From Azolla caroliniana (taxonomy: Eukaryota > Plantae > Polypodiophyta), in the NCBI GenBank assembly GCA_043228905.1, contig JBHGNT010000010.1:5518001-5582000 (forward strand): a stretch of DNA of 64,000 nucleotides, read 5' to 3'. Under the pieces are notes generated by a model. The model did not search any database. It saw only the letters and a list, made by a program, of their open reading frames with translations, and had not been told where the DNA came from. Each line of letters starts with the position of its first letter. Position 1 is the first letter of the stretch. A program made the position numbers and the translations under genes. Shown one piece after another: positions 40,248 to 50,900 of this stretch.

Positions 40248-41468
40248 TGTCATGGAGAAAACCATCCCTAGGCGGAAACCGAGTGTAACGTGCGTAAACC
40301 GGCCCTTACACGTGGGCACAAGTTTTGTTGTATAGTACGTAGACAGGTACAAGTCGGCTGAGGTGAATTCCTAGGTAGCACGCATTCATTAGGGAGATAA
40401 TCAAGGTGTATCCCTGTCCGAAAGGACAGGGAATAAACATGATGTAACGGGTGGTAACAGCCTCCCTCCTTCGGCTATAAAAGAGAGGGAGAGGTATTGT
40501 AAATGGATTGCGTTTTTTTTTGTGGAGGACGAAGTGATGCCGGACTGGAACCGAGCTCTTCTCCTCTGTCGTCTCCATAGTCGTTTTGTGTAGGTTTTTG
40601 GGAGGCTGACTTTGCTCCGCAGAATGCCCGAGTGCTTCCGGCAGAGTCTCCACCTCGCGTTCTTAGTTTGTGTGTGTGTGCAGGCGTCGAAGCCTATCAC
40701 TCGTCGGCTTGCCGGTTGTAACTCCTTGGTTTATATATACATATATGTTTGTTCTGTCTCCATTGTTCAGAGTTAGTTGCAATGCCTGTGAATCTGTGTG
40801 TCTGTGTGCGTGTGAAGTACATCGGTAGTTTACTTCCCCTCTTCTCATTCGGTTATTTCTCGGTCCAAGGCACCCGTGGTCCCGCCTCGTTCTCCACGCA
40901 CGCGCGTAACAACGCGACATATTTGGTGAACCCAACTTGAACAGGCGGCAAAGGAATAGAAAGATGAGAGGGTCGGATCTTGCAGAAGCCATGGCTTTGG
41001 CTGTGGATCGGATAGTGAGTGCGCACGAAGGCACATGCGCCCTCGATAGGGCTATTGAGGCAGTCGTCGGCACGATAGGCCGATTCGGTGGGAAGGACGC
41101 CACGAGCTATTTGGAAGCTTACTGAGCGGAAATGGTGATGAGGGATATCCCGGAGGACATGCGACTGGCTGGATTCCTACGGGTGGCGATGCCAGGCATC
41201 CACGCGGAGGTGCTTGAGGTACGGGCTGAGAGTCGGACCTGGGAAAAGTTTGAAGGTCGGCTCCTTGAAAAATACGGGCTTGATGACACACTTCGGCTAT
41301 CGAACTGGGACTTCATGGAATGGGTGAAGACCCCTGAAAAGGGGAGAAACGTGTCGGTGCTCCTTCGGGAGTTTGAAGAACGCTTCGCACGTCTTTCGGC
41401 GCTGGACCGGACCGTACTGGACACAAGTCGTGTCCTATTGTTCATTAAATCAGTGGATGTAAGGGACC
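40248..41468 (+). mobile_element. Element D: 5' LTR 40248-40919, tRNA-Trp-type PBS, gag start; interrupted by E
   Basis: TGTC..GACA, PBS tggtgaacccaacttga at 40924, gag RFGGKDATSYLEAY*AEM homologous to B gag (QFNGKDVSRYLRDYKAEM). Confidence 0.82.
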
Positions 41469-42929
41469 TGTTAACTCTTCGGGCCGGACAATGGCCTAAC
41501 ACAGGGTGTCTACGGGAGACACTTCACCAAAGGGTGTTACGGCAACCGGATTAGACTTCAACGCTTAATCCTACTTGATTAAGTTACTTATTATGATCGT
41601 CTTTCATAACACACGCGTAAGATATAACAATTAAGACAGAATGGCAATTAACACAGAGATAGCAACGCTTAAGATTTCATTAATTAACCGCTAACTATTA
41701 CATTGTATCCGGGCCTTTAAATAGGTTTCCGGTCTGTATTACAAAACGGTGCCATTCGCACCTGTTCGGGATCGGTCCGGATTCGGAACGGCATACCGTT
41801 TCCGGTCCGTCCGTCCACACTCATAGCTTAATTACAACCACATTCCTACTACTTAATTAGCTCTCCGTTTCCCACTCTAGACTCCTTTGCCGGCCGGTAA
41901 CACATGGCACGCCCGTGGGACAGTACCTTGTACGTCGAATCCACAACATACCCTTACTATTCTTCGTCCAAAATGTCCAGAATGCTTTGTTCGAGAGGCT
42001 CCAATGGTTCATTTGGAAGTGGTTGTTGTTGTTGTTGTTGCTGCTCTGTTGCTGTCTGCTACAGCGGGTCCGTTGGTGGTTGCTGCGGCTGTTCCTCCAT
42101 TTGTGGCTCTGACACCGGCGTCTCCGTCGTTGCTCCCTGCGTCGTAGTGGTCTCCGGTTGACTGGTTCCCGGCTGGCCCTCAGCCGGCGACGGTTCCTCA
42201 TCACTAAGGTTAACCGTTGCCGCTTCCCGTGCTTTTTCTTCCCGCACCCGGGACCACTCGTAGCTTTCAAACTGGATTTGAGCGTCCAGCCTATCATCCT
42301 CCAGCTGAGCTATGAGCTGCCTGACCTGCGCTAGCTGTTCATCTGCCAGGACTTGGAAGTCGTCGGCCAGCTCGTCCCGTATGGCGGTGAAGTCCTCGGA
42401 AGTCAACGTATAACAATCATCTCCTTCCTTCCGCCGGTTTGCCACATCCGCCCGTAGCAACTGGAGTTCCGTTGCGTTTTGTGCCCACTTTGTCCACCAT
42501 TTTACGAAGCTTTCATCAATCAAGTGTTTTGTCTGATTCAGCCATGCCTGGAGGATGGACTAAATCCGGCTCGTTCCCAATTGCGATTTGGTTTCCACCG
42601 CTTGCCGTTCCTCCTTCAGTTGTTTGATGATTTTGATGTTGTCCTCCGCATGCGCCTTGTAATGCGTCAATTGCCTTTGATATGTGCTTTGTAATTTCTG
42701 CAATACTGTTGACGCTCTCTCTTTGTCTTCCTGCTGCTGCCTCGTGAGCTCCATCCGGACCTTCTCTGCCTCGTCCAAGCGTCTTGTATTTTCCGCCCGT
42801 TCGTCGGCGATTGCCGTTGTCGTAGTGTATTTCGTACACTATGTGAAAAAGTAAAAATAATATAACCGATTTAATTACATATAAATAAATAAAATAATAT
42901 ATCAAGATATTTATCACGTGCATAGGGCA

Positions 42930-42983
42930 AGATTCGAACCCTGTACCTCCACGTAGCCAAACCTCAACTTTACCATTATGCTA
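42930..42983 (-). promoter_or_regulatory. tRNA-like Pol III internal promoter (A box + B box) in the B1 LTR; copies at 45722-45775 and 61585-61638
   Basis: A box TAGCATAATGG, B box GGTTCGAATCT, starts 43 nt apart as in tRNA genes. Confidence 0.7.
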
Positions 42984-43644
42984 CCTTATCTTTAGTGTTC
43001 TATAAATAGATTTAATAACTATAAGTGCTTTATTTGCACCTACCTTTATTAAAAGGTAAATCGTGCATTTTTAGAGTGCGTGAATATTTTATAGAAAAAC
43101 GCAAGCAACTAAAAAGTGACTCATGCACATCTAGCGTGCATGAGCACTATATTTAGCAAATAAAAGCAAGGATTAGAAAAGCATCACATGCATATTTTAG
43201 TGTGCATGAACATATTAGAAAAAAAGCATGTAGCTATGCTTAGTCTCTCCCATCACTACATAAGGATGGGGAGCACAATGTAATAGATGTGTGAAATATT
43301 TGGAAATTGGATATATTTCCGAAAACACCAACCGATTAATATAATCGTGGGATTCACGAAAATAATATAATCTATACTTGTGGGATTCACAAGTTTCTTA
43401 TATCTTTCTTTCAATCTAAATACATATTCTTATCTAAATATTGATTAATCGAATACAATACACTCGTGGGATTCACGAGATTTCTATCTCTCTTTCTAAT
43501 AATCTATTTATTACTAGCCTCATCTCATATTCTTCTTTCTCCTAGTCCAAAACCTCAGCGGTTCCCACCCGACTCACGCAACGATCCGGAGCCGAAAGGC
43601 ACGACACAGTTGGTGAACCCGACGTGAAGACGGGTGGCAAGGAG

Positions 43645-44955
43645 ATGGAGAATCAACAAGAGGCAATGAGCATAACGATGATGATGATGTTCGAGCGGAT
43701 GCTACAAGAACAACGAGTGATGTCGGAGATCACGGGGGCAGTAAAGCGGCTCGTACAACGAAACGGACAATTCAACGGAAACGATGTGTCACGCTATCTA
43801 CGTGACTACAAGGCGGAGATGATACGATGTGGGATACCGGAAGGATTGCAAGTGACATCCTTCAATCGGGTGGCCACGGATGAGCTACAAGAGAGAATCC
43901 ACAAGATATGGCAACAAAACTCGACATGGGGGTCATTCGAAGAAGCTTTACGAGAGGCATATGATTACAAGAGATCAAAGGGACAAGATCGGCGAAAATT
44001 CGACGAATGGGTGGCATCGGAGAAGACCCACCAAAGTGCAACACAAGCATTGCTAGAGTTCGAGCATCGTTTTGCTCGACTCTCGGAGCAGGAACAACGA
44101 TTGGTGGGGGAGGATAAAGTCCTAATGTTCGTAAAATCGATCGATCGAAAAGAAAGGAAGGACATCGGGATTGAACTTGAAGACGATGACGGTACGAATG
44201 GTCTTACCGAAGATTGGGCCGAAGTCCAAAGGGTATGCCGGAGACATGATGAGAGGAAGATGAGAATCTTGTCAACGACATGGCCGATGAAGGATGGTCG
44301 ATTGAAGACAAACGATGGAGCCGATATGAAGGCCGAAATACAACATGATGGTGCGACGGAAGAGGGTGTAAAACAAGCTACCCTCTTGTCTTGCGAAAGA
44401 ACAACGACGAAGGATAAGGCCGATAACCCAAGTGTAGAAGAAGATTTCAGAATACAAGTGATTGAAACATCGGGTGAAAAAGGGGTAAGCATAATTGATG
44501 CAGTGAAAGAGAGCAAAGAGGACTTGATTGAGGAGGTCGCCACGAAAGATGACATCGAATCGAAGGTGGCTATGGACGAATCAATAGAGGATGGTCATAT
44601 CGAGACTTCCCCACCATTGATTCCAGAGACTCCGGCAGTTGCGTTCGAAAGGCAACGTGAGACCGAAGAGACGGAAGGTGGCGGAGAGAAAACAAAGGTC
44701 GAAGTCGATGTGTATGACGGAGAGATAGCCGAGAATATGGCTATGGGTGAAACAATGGAGGATGATAATACCGAGGATTCCTACCCACTAATCCTAGAGA
44801 CTTCGGCGGTTGTGTCCGAGAACCAACGTGAGACCGGAGAGACGGGAGGTGGCAGCAAGAAAGGTAAAGTCGGAAGCCGGTTCGGATGGAAGGTGATCCG
44901 GACGGGATTCCGATCCGAAAGAAAGCCGAACCGGGTAAAAGAGGATTCGACTTGA
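43645..44955 (+). CDS. Gag-like capsid protein with an acidic tail and no zinc knuckle (B1)
   Basis: Uninterrupted ORF from MENQQEA; N-terminal half matches B2 gag. Confidence 0.8.
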   Translation: MENQQEAMSITMMMMFERMLQEQRVMSEITGAVKRLVQRNGQFNGNDVSRYLRDYKAEMIRCGIPEGLQVTSFNRVATDELQERIHKIWQQNSTWGSFEEALREAYDYKRSKGQDRRKFDEWVASEKTHQSATQALLEFEHRFARLSEQEQRLVGEDKVLMFVKSIDRKERKDIGIELEDDDGTNGLTEDWAEVQRVCRRHDERKMRILSTTWPMKDGRLKTNDGADMKAEIQHDGATEEGVKQATLLSCERTTTKDKADNPSVEEDFRIQVIETSGEKGVSIIDAVKESKEDLIEEVATKDDIESKVAMDESIEDGHIETSPPLIPETPAVAFERQRETEETEGGGEKTKVEVDVYDGEIAENMAMGETMEDDNTEDSYPLILETSAVVSENQRETGETGGGSKKGKVGSRFGWKVIRTGFRSERKPNRVKEDST

Positions 44956-47900
44956 AGACGATACAAACGAAAGCCGAATCGGGCGAATGAGGATTCGTCC
45001 GAAAGACGACCCGAAAGAAAGCCGACCCGAAAAGGGGTCAACTCGGTCAAAACCGATCGACCGAGTCTGACTTGGCCGAACGCGAATATGGATGGAAGCC
45101 GACCTAGCCGAAAGCCAATCGGACGAGATCGATCCGGAAAGAAGCTAATCCGACTCAACCGAAGGTTGGACCGGTCGAGGCTGGTGAAAACGAGGAAAAG
45201 AAAGCCAACCGAAACCAAAACCGATAGATCGAAACCGGGCCGGAAGGGGACCGACTCAATCGAAACCGAACAACCGATTCCGATTCGGCCGAATACGAAT
45301 CCGATCGGAAGCCGATCAAACCGAAAGTCGATCGGACGAGAGCGATCCGGAAAAAAGTCAAGGTTGATGAAAACAAGAAAGAGGCCAGTAAAAGACCCTA
45401 CCACGAATGACAAGGGCCAAGAATATGACGAGAGAGAACAAAGAATATGGTGGATCGGATGGCGACAATGGTTCGGGTGGAAAGAATGGGTCTACTCAAA
45501 ATGGAGAGACAAAGTTGACATAGCGGGACAAACGGAGGATGAAGGGGAGACAACGAGCACCGGCAACTTCGGCACATACCGGAGGATGTGCGGGTTCGGA
45601 GGGGGCGAGTGTCGTAGTGTATTTCGTACACTACGTGAAAAAGTAAAAATAATATAACCGATTTAATTACATATAAATAAATAAAATAATATATCAAGAT
45701 ATTTATCATGTGCATAGGGCAAGATTCGAACCCTATACCTCCACGTAGCCAAACCTCAACTTTACCATTATGCTACCTTATCTTTAGTGTTCTATAAATA
45801 GATTTAATAACTATAAGTGCTTTATTTGCACCTACCTTTATTAAAAGGTAAATCGTGCATTTTTAGAGTGCGTGAATATTTTATAGAAAAACGCAAGCAA
45901 CTAAAAAGTGACTCATGCACATCTAGCGTGCATGAGCACTATATTTAGCAAATAAAAGCAAGGATTAGAAAAGCATCACATGCATATTTTAGTGTGCATG
46001 AACATATTAGAAAAAAAGCATGTAGCTATGCTTAGTCTCTCCCATCACTACATAAGGATGGGGAGCACAATGTAATAGATGTGTGAAATATTTGGAAATT
46101 GGATATATTTCCGAAAACACCAACCGATTAATATAATCGTGGGATTCACGAAAATAATATAATCTATACTTGTGGGATTCACAAGTTTCTTATATCTTTC
46201 TTTCAATCTAAATACATATTCTTATCTAAATATTGATTAATCGAATACAATACACTCGTGGGATTCACGAGATTTCTATCTCTCTTTCTAATAATCTATT
46301 TATTACTAGCCTCATCTCATATTCTTCTTTCTCCTAGTCCAAAACCTCAGCGGTTCCCACCCGACTCACGCAACGATCCGGAGCCGAAAGGCACGACACC
46401 GTCGCGGCCCGATCAACTGCTTGCTAGAGCTCGGCCATCCGTTCCTTATGCTCCATTTCCAACCGTTTGTAGTCCCGGTGCAGGTGCTCAAAATCATCCG
46501 TCTTTTGCTTGAGCCGTGCGTTGATCTGACGACGGGCCCGGTCCTCGCGGTCCTTCTGCTGGCGGAGCTCTTCCTTTAGCTGTTCAATCTCTGTTTCCGC
46601 CGTTTTCCGCAGCTTGTCCTTTTCCTGCAACACTTTGTCTTTCTCCTTCTTTAGCTGGTCGTACGCTTGATGGCCTTTCTGGAGGCTCTCCTCTACCCGG
46701 CGGAGGGTCTCAACAGTCTTCTTTAATTCGGCTTTGGCCGCCGTCTTCAATTCTCGTTCATGGCTCCTTAGCGCTTCTTGTGCGGCAAGTTCATCTCTCA
46801 ATTCCGCAAGCTCCTGAGCTTGCGCCGCATCTCTCGCTGGAACGGTTTCCGTTGCCGGATTCACCGGTGATTGGATCCGTATTTTGGCCATCTCTGTCGT
46901 GACCTGATCCAAGTCTTTTTCAAGGCACTGGATTCTGGACCGGGCCGTCTCTAGTTGTTCGGTTGTGACGAGCAACCGTTCGCTTTGCGCTCTTTCTTCC
47001 GCCTCAATATACCCCACTGCTCCGGCTATCTGTTCGCCTATCCACCGGAGCCACAGGCTACCGGTGCCTTGTTGTGCTTGCACGGAGGTTTGACAAATGG
47101 GCTCACTTGTAGAGGGGTGGTCCCGCCTGGTTGCGCCGAGTTGCAGTTCCGTTTCTGCCCGTGGACCACCCTGCTGTCCTGGTTTCCCTTGCGCTTCTTC
47201 TTGGCTGACCGAGGGAGGCGGCATTGACCTTTCCGGCTCTGGCGGGATGGGACTTGCCGGTGGTGCCGGGGCTTCTGTTTCCGGTTCCATATGCACCGGT
47301 TCTGATTCCTTCCTTGGCGTGGGAGTCTCAGTATGGGGAGCCGGTGTTCCCTCCGTCTGAGGGTCCGAACGTTTCCCGGCTGCCTCAACGGTCCTTGCCG
47401 ACGACCGTCGCTGGAGGTGCTCCGTAGGCTCCTCCTCTATTTCCTCCTCCTGAGCTCCGGCATTGAGTTTTGCCGCTAAGGGGTCTGCTTCTCTATTCAC
47501 CGGTCGGCGGAGTGTGATCTTTACGGGCCGTGCCGGTGGTTCCTCCTGCGCCTCCGTTGGGCGCTTCCGGCTGCCGCTTCCTGCTGCCGCCTGTTCTACA
47601 TCCGCCGCCTTTCCCTTAGTGGCCTTAGAGGCCAACAACTGTTGCCGTTTGGAAGCAGTCCTTGGGGTGCCGTCCGCCACTCTTCCTTGCTTCTTGGGCT
47701 GGACGGTCTGGACGGGTGGCACAAGCAAGGTGAGCCACTGCGTTACAGCATGCCATATCCTCCGTCCGTCTCGGCCTTCTTTGCCGTCTTTGCCTCTGAC
47801 GATCTCGATCGCCGCACACAACCCATATGCGATCAATACCGGCCAATCCACCTTGATCCCTTCATAGGTGGCGATGATCATCCCTGCCCGGTTCTGCGGC

Positions 47901-50900
47901 ATGACAGGGGGTCTAGGGTACACGTGGCCGTATTCATGGAGCACACGAGCAATTTCGCGGAACAACATATCTCCGCCGCCCTGTGTCCGGTAGCCCTTGC
48001 TGGCTAGAGAGTACTCACCAAAATACCTGATGAGTTGCTCCGGGGTTGGATTGTCGATCGTGAGTATGCCTCCCTCCGGAAGGCCTGTTAACGCTCGAAT
48101 CGCCTCTGCCGTTATGACCTCTGTATCGATTTCCTTGATCACTTTGTCGGCTTCTTTGTGTGGCGGTACTTCCATCATCATCAAGAAGCCCTCGAGCCCG
48201 TGTTGCTTCAGCCATGTCTTGGCGACTTCCGACAGCGTTTGCGGGTCCATCTCTGTGTCGAGGTTGGATGGCGGTGGCGAGGTTGGATGGCGGTGGCGAG
48301 GTTGGATGGTTGAGAAAGAGAGAGTTCAGAAGGCGGGGGTTCTTTGTGCGCAGGTTCTCGTCTGATGATCTTGCAACGTCTTGGTGCTTCTGTGCTCCTG
48401 GGTTCGCGAAAGTAGAGGGTCTCTACGCGCAATGGTTTTTTGTCTGTGCATTCTGGCGCCTTTTTCGAGTGTGTGCATGTCGCATACTTAAAATAGCATT
48501 ATGTCCTGTGGTGGCGCTTTAAATGCCCACTACGTACCTTTTCGCTCCTCGCTCTTTCATCCATTCATTCCTCGCTTTTGCATGATTGTTTTTTTTTTTT
48601 TTTCACTTATTATTATTATTAGTGTGACGTCACTTGTCCGTTGGTCCTCTCGGACCCTTACCGGCCTCATTCTCCCCAGTTACCGACTCGCCTTCTCTGC
48701 CGTCTTGGTGGTTGCCGTTTCCCTCACTGGTGTCGGTCCTTCGCTCAAATGGGTTCTTAGGCATCGGTCCTCTATATGCCTTTAACCGGAATCCATTGAC
48801 CCATTTGCCTAGCACTTCGCCGACAAGTGTCCCTAACTGGTAGGACCCATTATACTCCCGTGTTAGCCAATATGGTCCGGTCCATCTAAACCGTAGCTTA
48901 CCTGGCATCTTGCCCATCCGGGTTTGGAATACTAACACCGGTTTGCCGATTGCGAACATTTTTTCGTTACCTTTCCTGTGTCGGTCGACAAATGCTTTCC
49001 GTCGCCGTTGCTCCAATTCTAAATGTAGGATGCTGGCCAGTCGTTGTTCCTCGAGCTCACACAGCGCTGTCAACCTTATTGCCTCCGACTCCTTCTCGTT
49101 CAGCCGTTCCCGTAGCTATATCCGTAAGCTAGGTACTTGGAATTCTACCGGCATGACCGCCTCTAGTCCGAACGGTAACCGGAACGGTGTTGTTCGGATG
49201 CTCGTTTTGTATGCCGTCCGGTATGCCCAAAGCGCACTATGTAGCTTTGTGTCCCAATCCGTCCGGTTTTCGTTGACGATCTTTCGGAGGATATTCTGGA
49301 GCGTCTTGTTTGTTGATTCTGTTAAACCGTTCGCTTGTGGGTAGTAAGGTGTGCTCCGTTTGTGTACAACGGCATAGAAGGTCGTCAGGCTTTCCACTAC
49401 TTGGCCGAGAAAGTGCCCCCCTTGGTCACTTATCAATTCAATGGGGCATCCGTAACGGCACCAGATGTACTCATATAGAAACTTTGTCGTTGACGCAACG
49501 GTGTTATCCCGTAAAGCTTTGGCCTCCACCCATTTCGTGCAGTAATCCGTAGCAACGATAACGTACCGATTACCCGTTATCATTGCCGGTGGCTTGAACG
49601 GTCCTACAAAGTCCAGCCCCCACTTTTGGAATGGCTCGAGTGGTAGTACCGGCTGGTGTGGCATATGAGCCTGCTCCGTTGGCTGGCCCATTCTCTGGCA
49701 TAGGTCACATTCTTTTGCGTACCGTACCGCATCTCTTAATGTCGTTGGCCACCATAGGCCACTTTGCCATATTTTTCTGGCCGTCGCATCTCCGGCATAG
49801 TGACCTCCGGCCACTCCGCAGTGGGCTTCCCTCAATATCAGTTCCTTCTCATCGCTGCGCACCGCCCGTCTCCATATGCCGTCCGCGCCCTTGTGGTACA
49901 GTGTGTCTTGCAGTAAGCAGAAATGCCGACTTTGTACCGCTAGGTGTTTCCGTTCGTCCCGGTTCATCTCTTCCGGAGGCAGTCCTGTGCTCAGAAACTG
50001 GTGCATATTTGTGAGCCATTTATCTTCCTATGCCACCGTCTCATCTGCTGCCGTCTCCGTAGTGACTCGAAACAGCTCTGCATCCGGAAACTCATCCGCT
50101 ACTCCGTCACTCGTCTCTCCGGACTCTAATCGGCTTAAGTAATCCGCCACAGCATGTTGTATACCGGGTCGGTGAAATATTTCAAACTCGAACTCCTGTA
50201 ACAGTAAGGTCCACCGGGCCAATTTGCCGGTGAGTGACGCTTTGGACACTAGGTAAAGGAGTGCCGAATGATCTACATGGAAGGAAAACTTCCTTCCCAA
50301 TAAATAATGCCGAAACTTTGTCACACTGTAGATCATCCCTAGAGCTTCCCGTTCCGTAGTAGAGTAGTTCCGTTCGGCTTGGGATAGCTTCCGGTTGGCA
50401 TAATACACTGGCCGGTACCACTTTGGTCCCGTAAGCTGCATTAGTACGCTTCCGATTGCGATGTCGGAGGCGTCCACGAACACGTGAAATTCTTTACTCC
50501 AATCCGGAGGCTGCACTACCGGTGCCTACGACAATAGTACCTTGAGGGCCCTATACGCCCTATCCTCCGTGTCGGTCCATTGGAATGGTGTCCGATGTAC
50601 GGAGGCATGCAACGGTGTAGCCAGGTCGGCCAAGTATCGGAGCATCCGGCTGTGCCACCGGATCATCCGGCCTAAGAACCGGCTTAATGCCTTTGCCGTT
50701 ACCGGCGCCAGTGCTTCTAATATGGCTTTCACTTTGTCCGGGTTGACTGCAATACCTTCCTGGCTCACAATATGTCCTAATAAGGTTCCACTGGACACGC
50801 CAAATACACACTTTGCCGGATTCAAGCTTAGCCGGTACGCTCTACACTTTTCTAGACAAAGACGGAGGTGCTGAAAATGGTCCTCCTCTCGGCTATAGAC

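Larger units (their letters stand above)
42818..46398 (+). mobile_element. Element B1: non-autonomous Gag-only LTR element (LTRs 42818-43606 and 45610-46398, 789 bp each)
   Basis: TGTCGT..ACGACA, three substitutions seen between LTRs, PBS tggtgaacccgacgtga (tRNA-Trp 3' end), PPT ggagggggcgag, 4-bp TSD CCGT, 2.0-kb interior without pol. Confidence 0.95.
41955..48250 (-). pseudogene. Extra ORF3 of element E (about 900 aa once B1 is removed; in-frame TAG stops)
   Basis: ORF 46424..48250 continues in frame across the B1 insertion (MAEL*QAVDRAATAIADERAENTRRLDEAEK) into 42560..42778 and 42059..42523. Confidence 0.85.

Noticed and set aside
40542-40590. B-box-like GGTTCCAGTCC in the LTR of D
   Set aside because: No A box at tRNA spacing, and it lies downstream of the TATA box, unlike the other modules.
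42920-42990. Functional tRNA genes in the LTRs
   Set aside because: Acceptor and anticodon stems do not pair properly; only promoter boxes and loop words remain, so they are reported as tRNA-like modules.
43340-43480. CRISPR-like repeat-spacer array
   Set aside because: Only three short palindromes with irregular spacing inside a eukaryotic LTR; no cas genes.
45088-45657. Arg/Lys-rich 189-aa ORF in B1 as a second gene
   Set aside because: Arises from the CCGA-rich repeat tract, runs into the LTR and has no recognisable motif.
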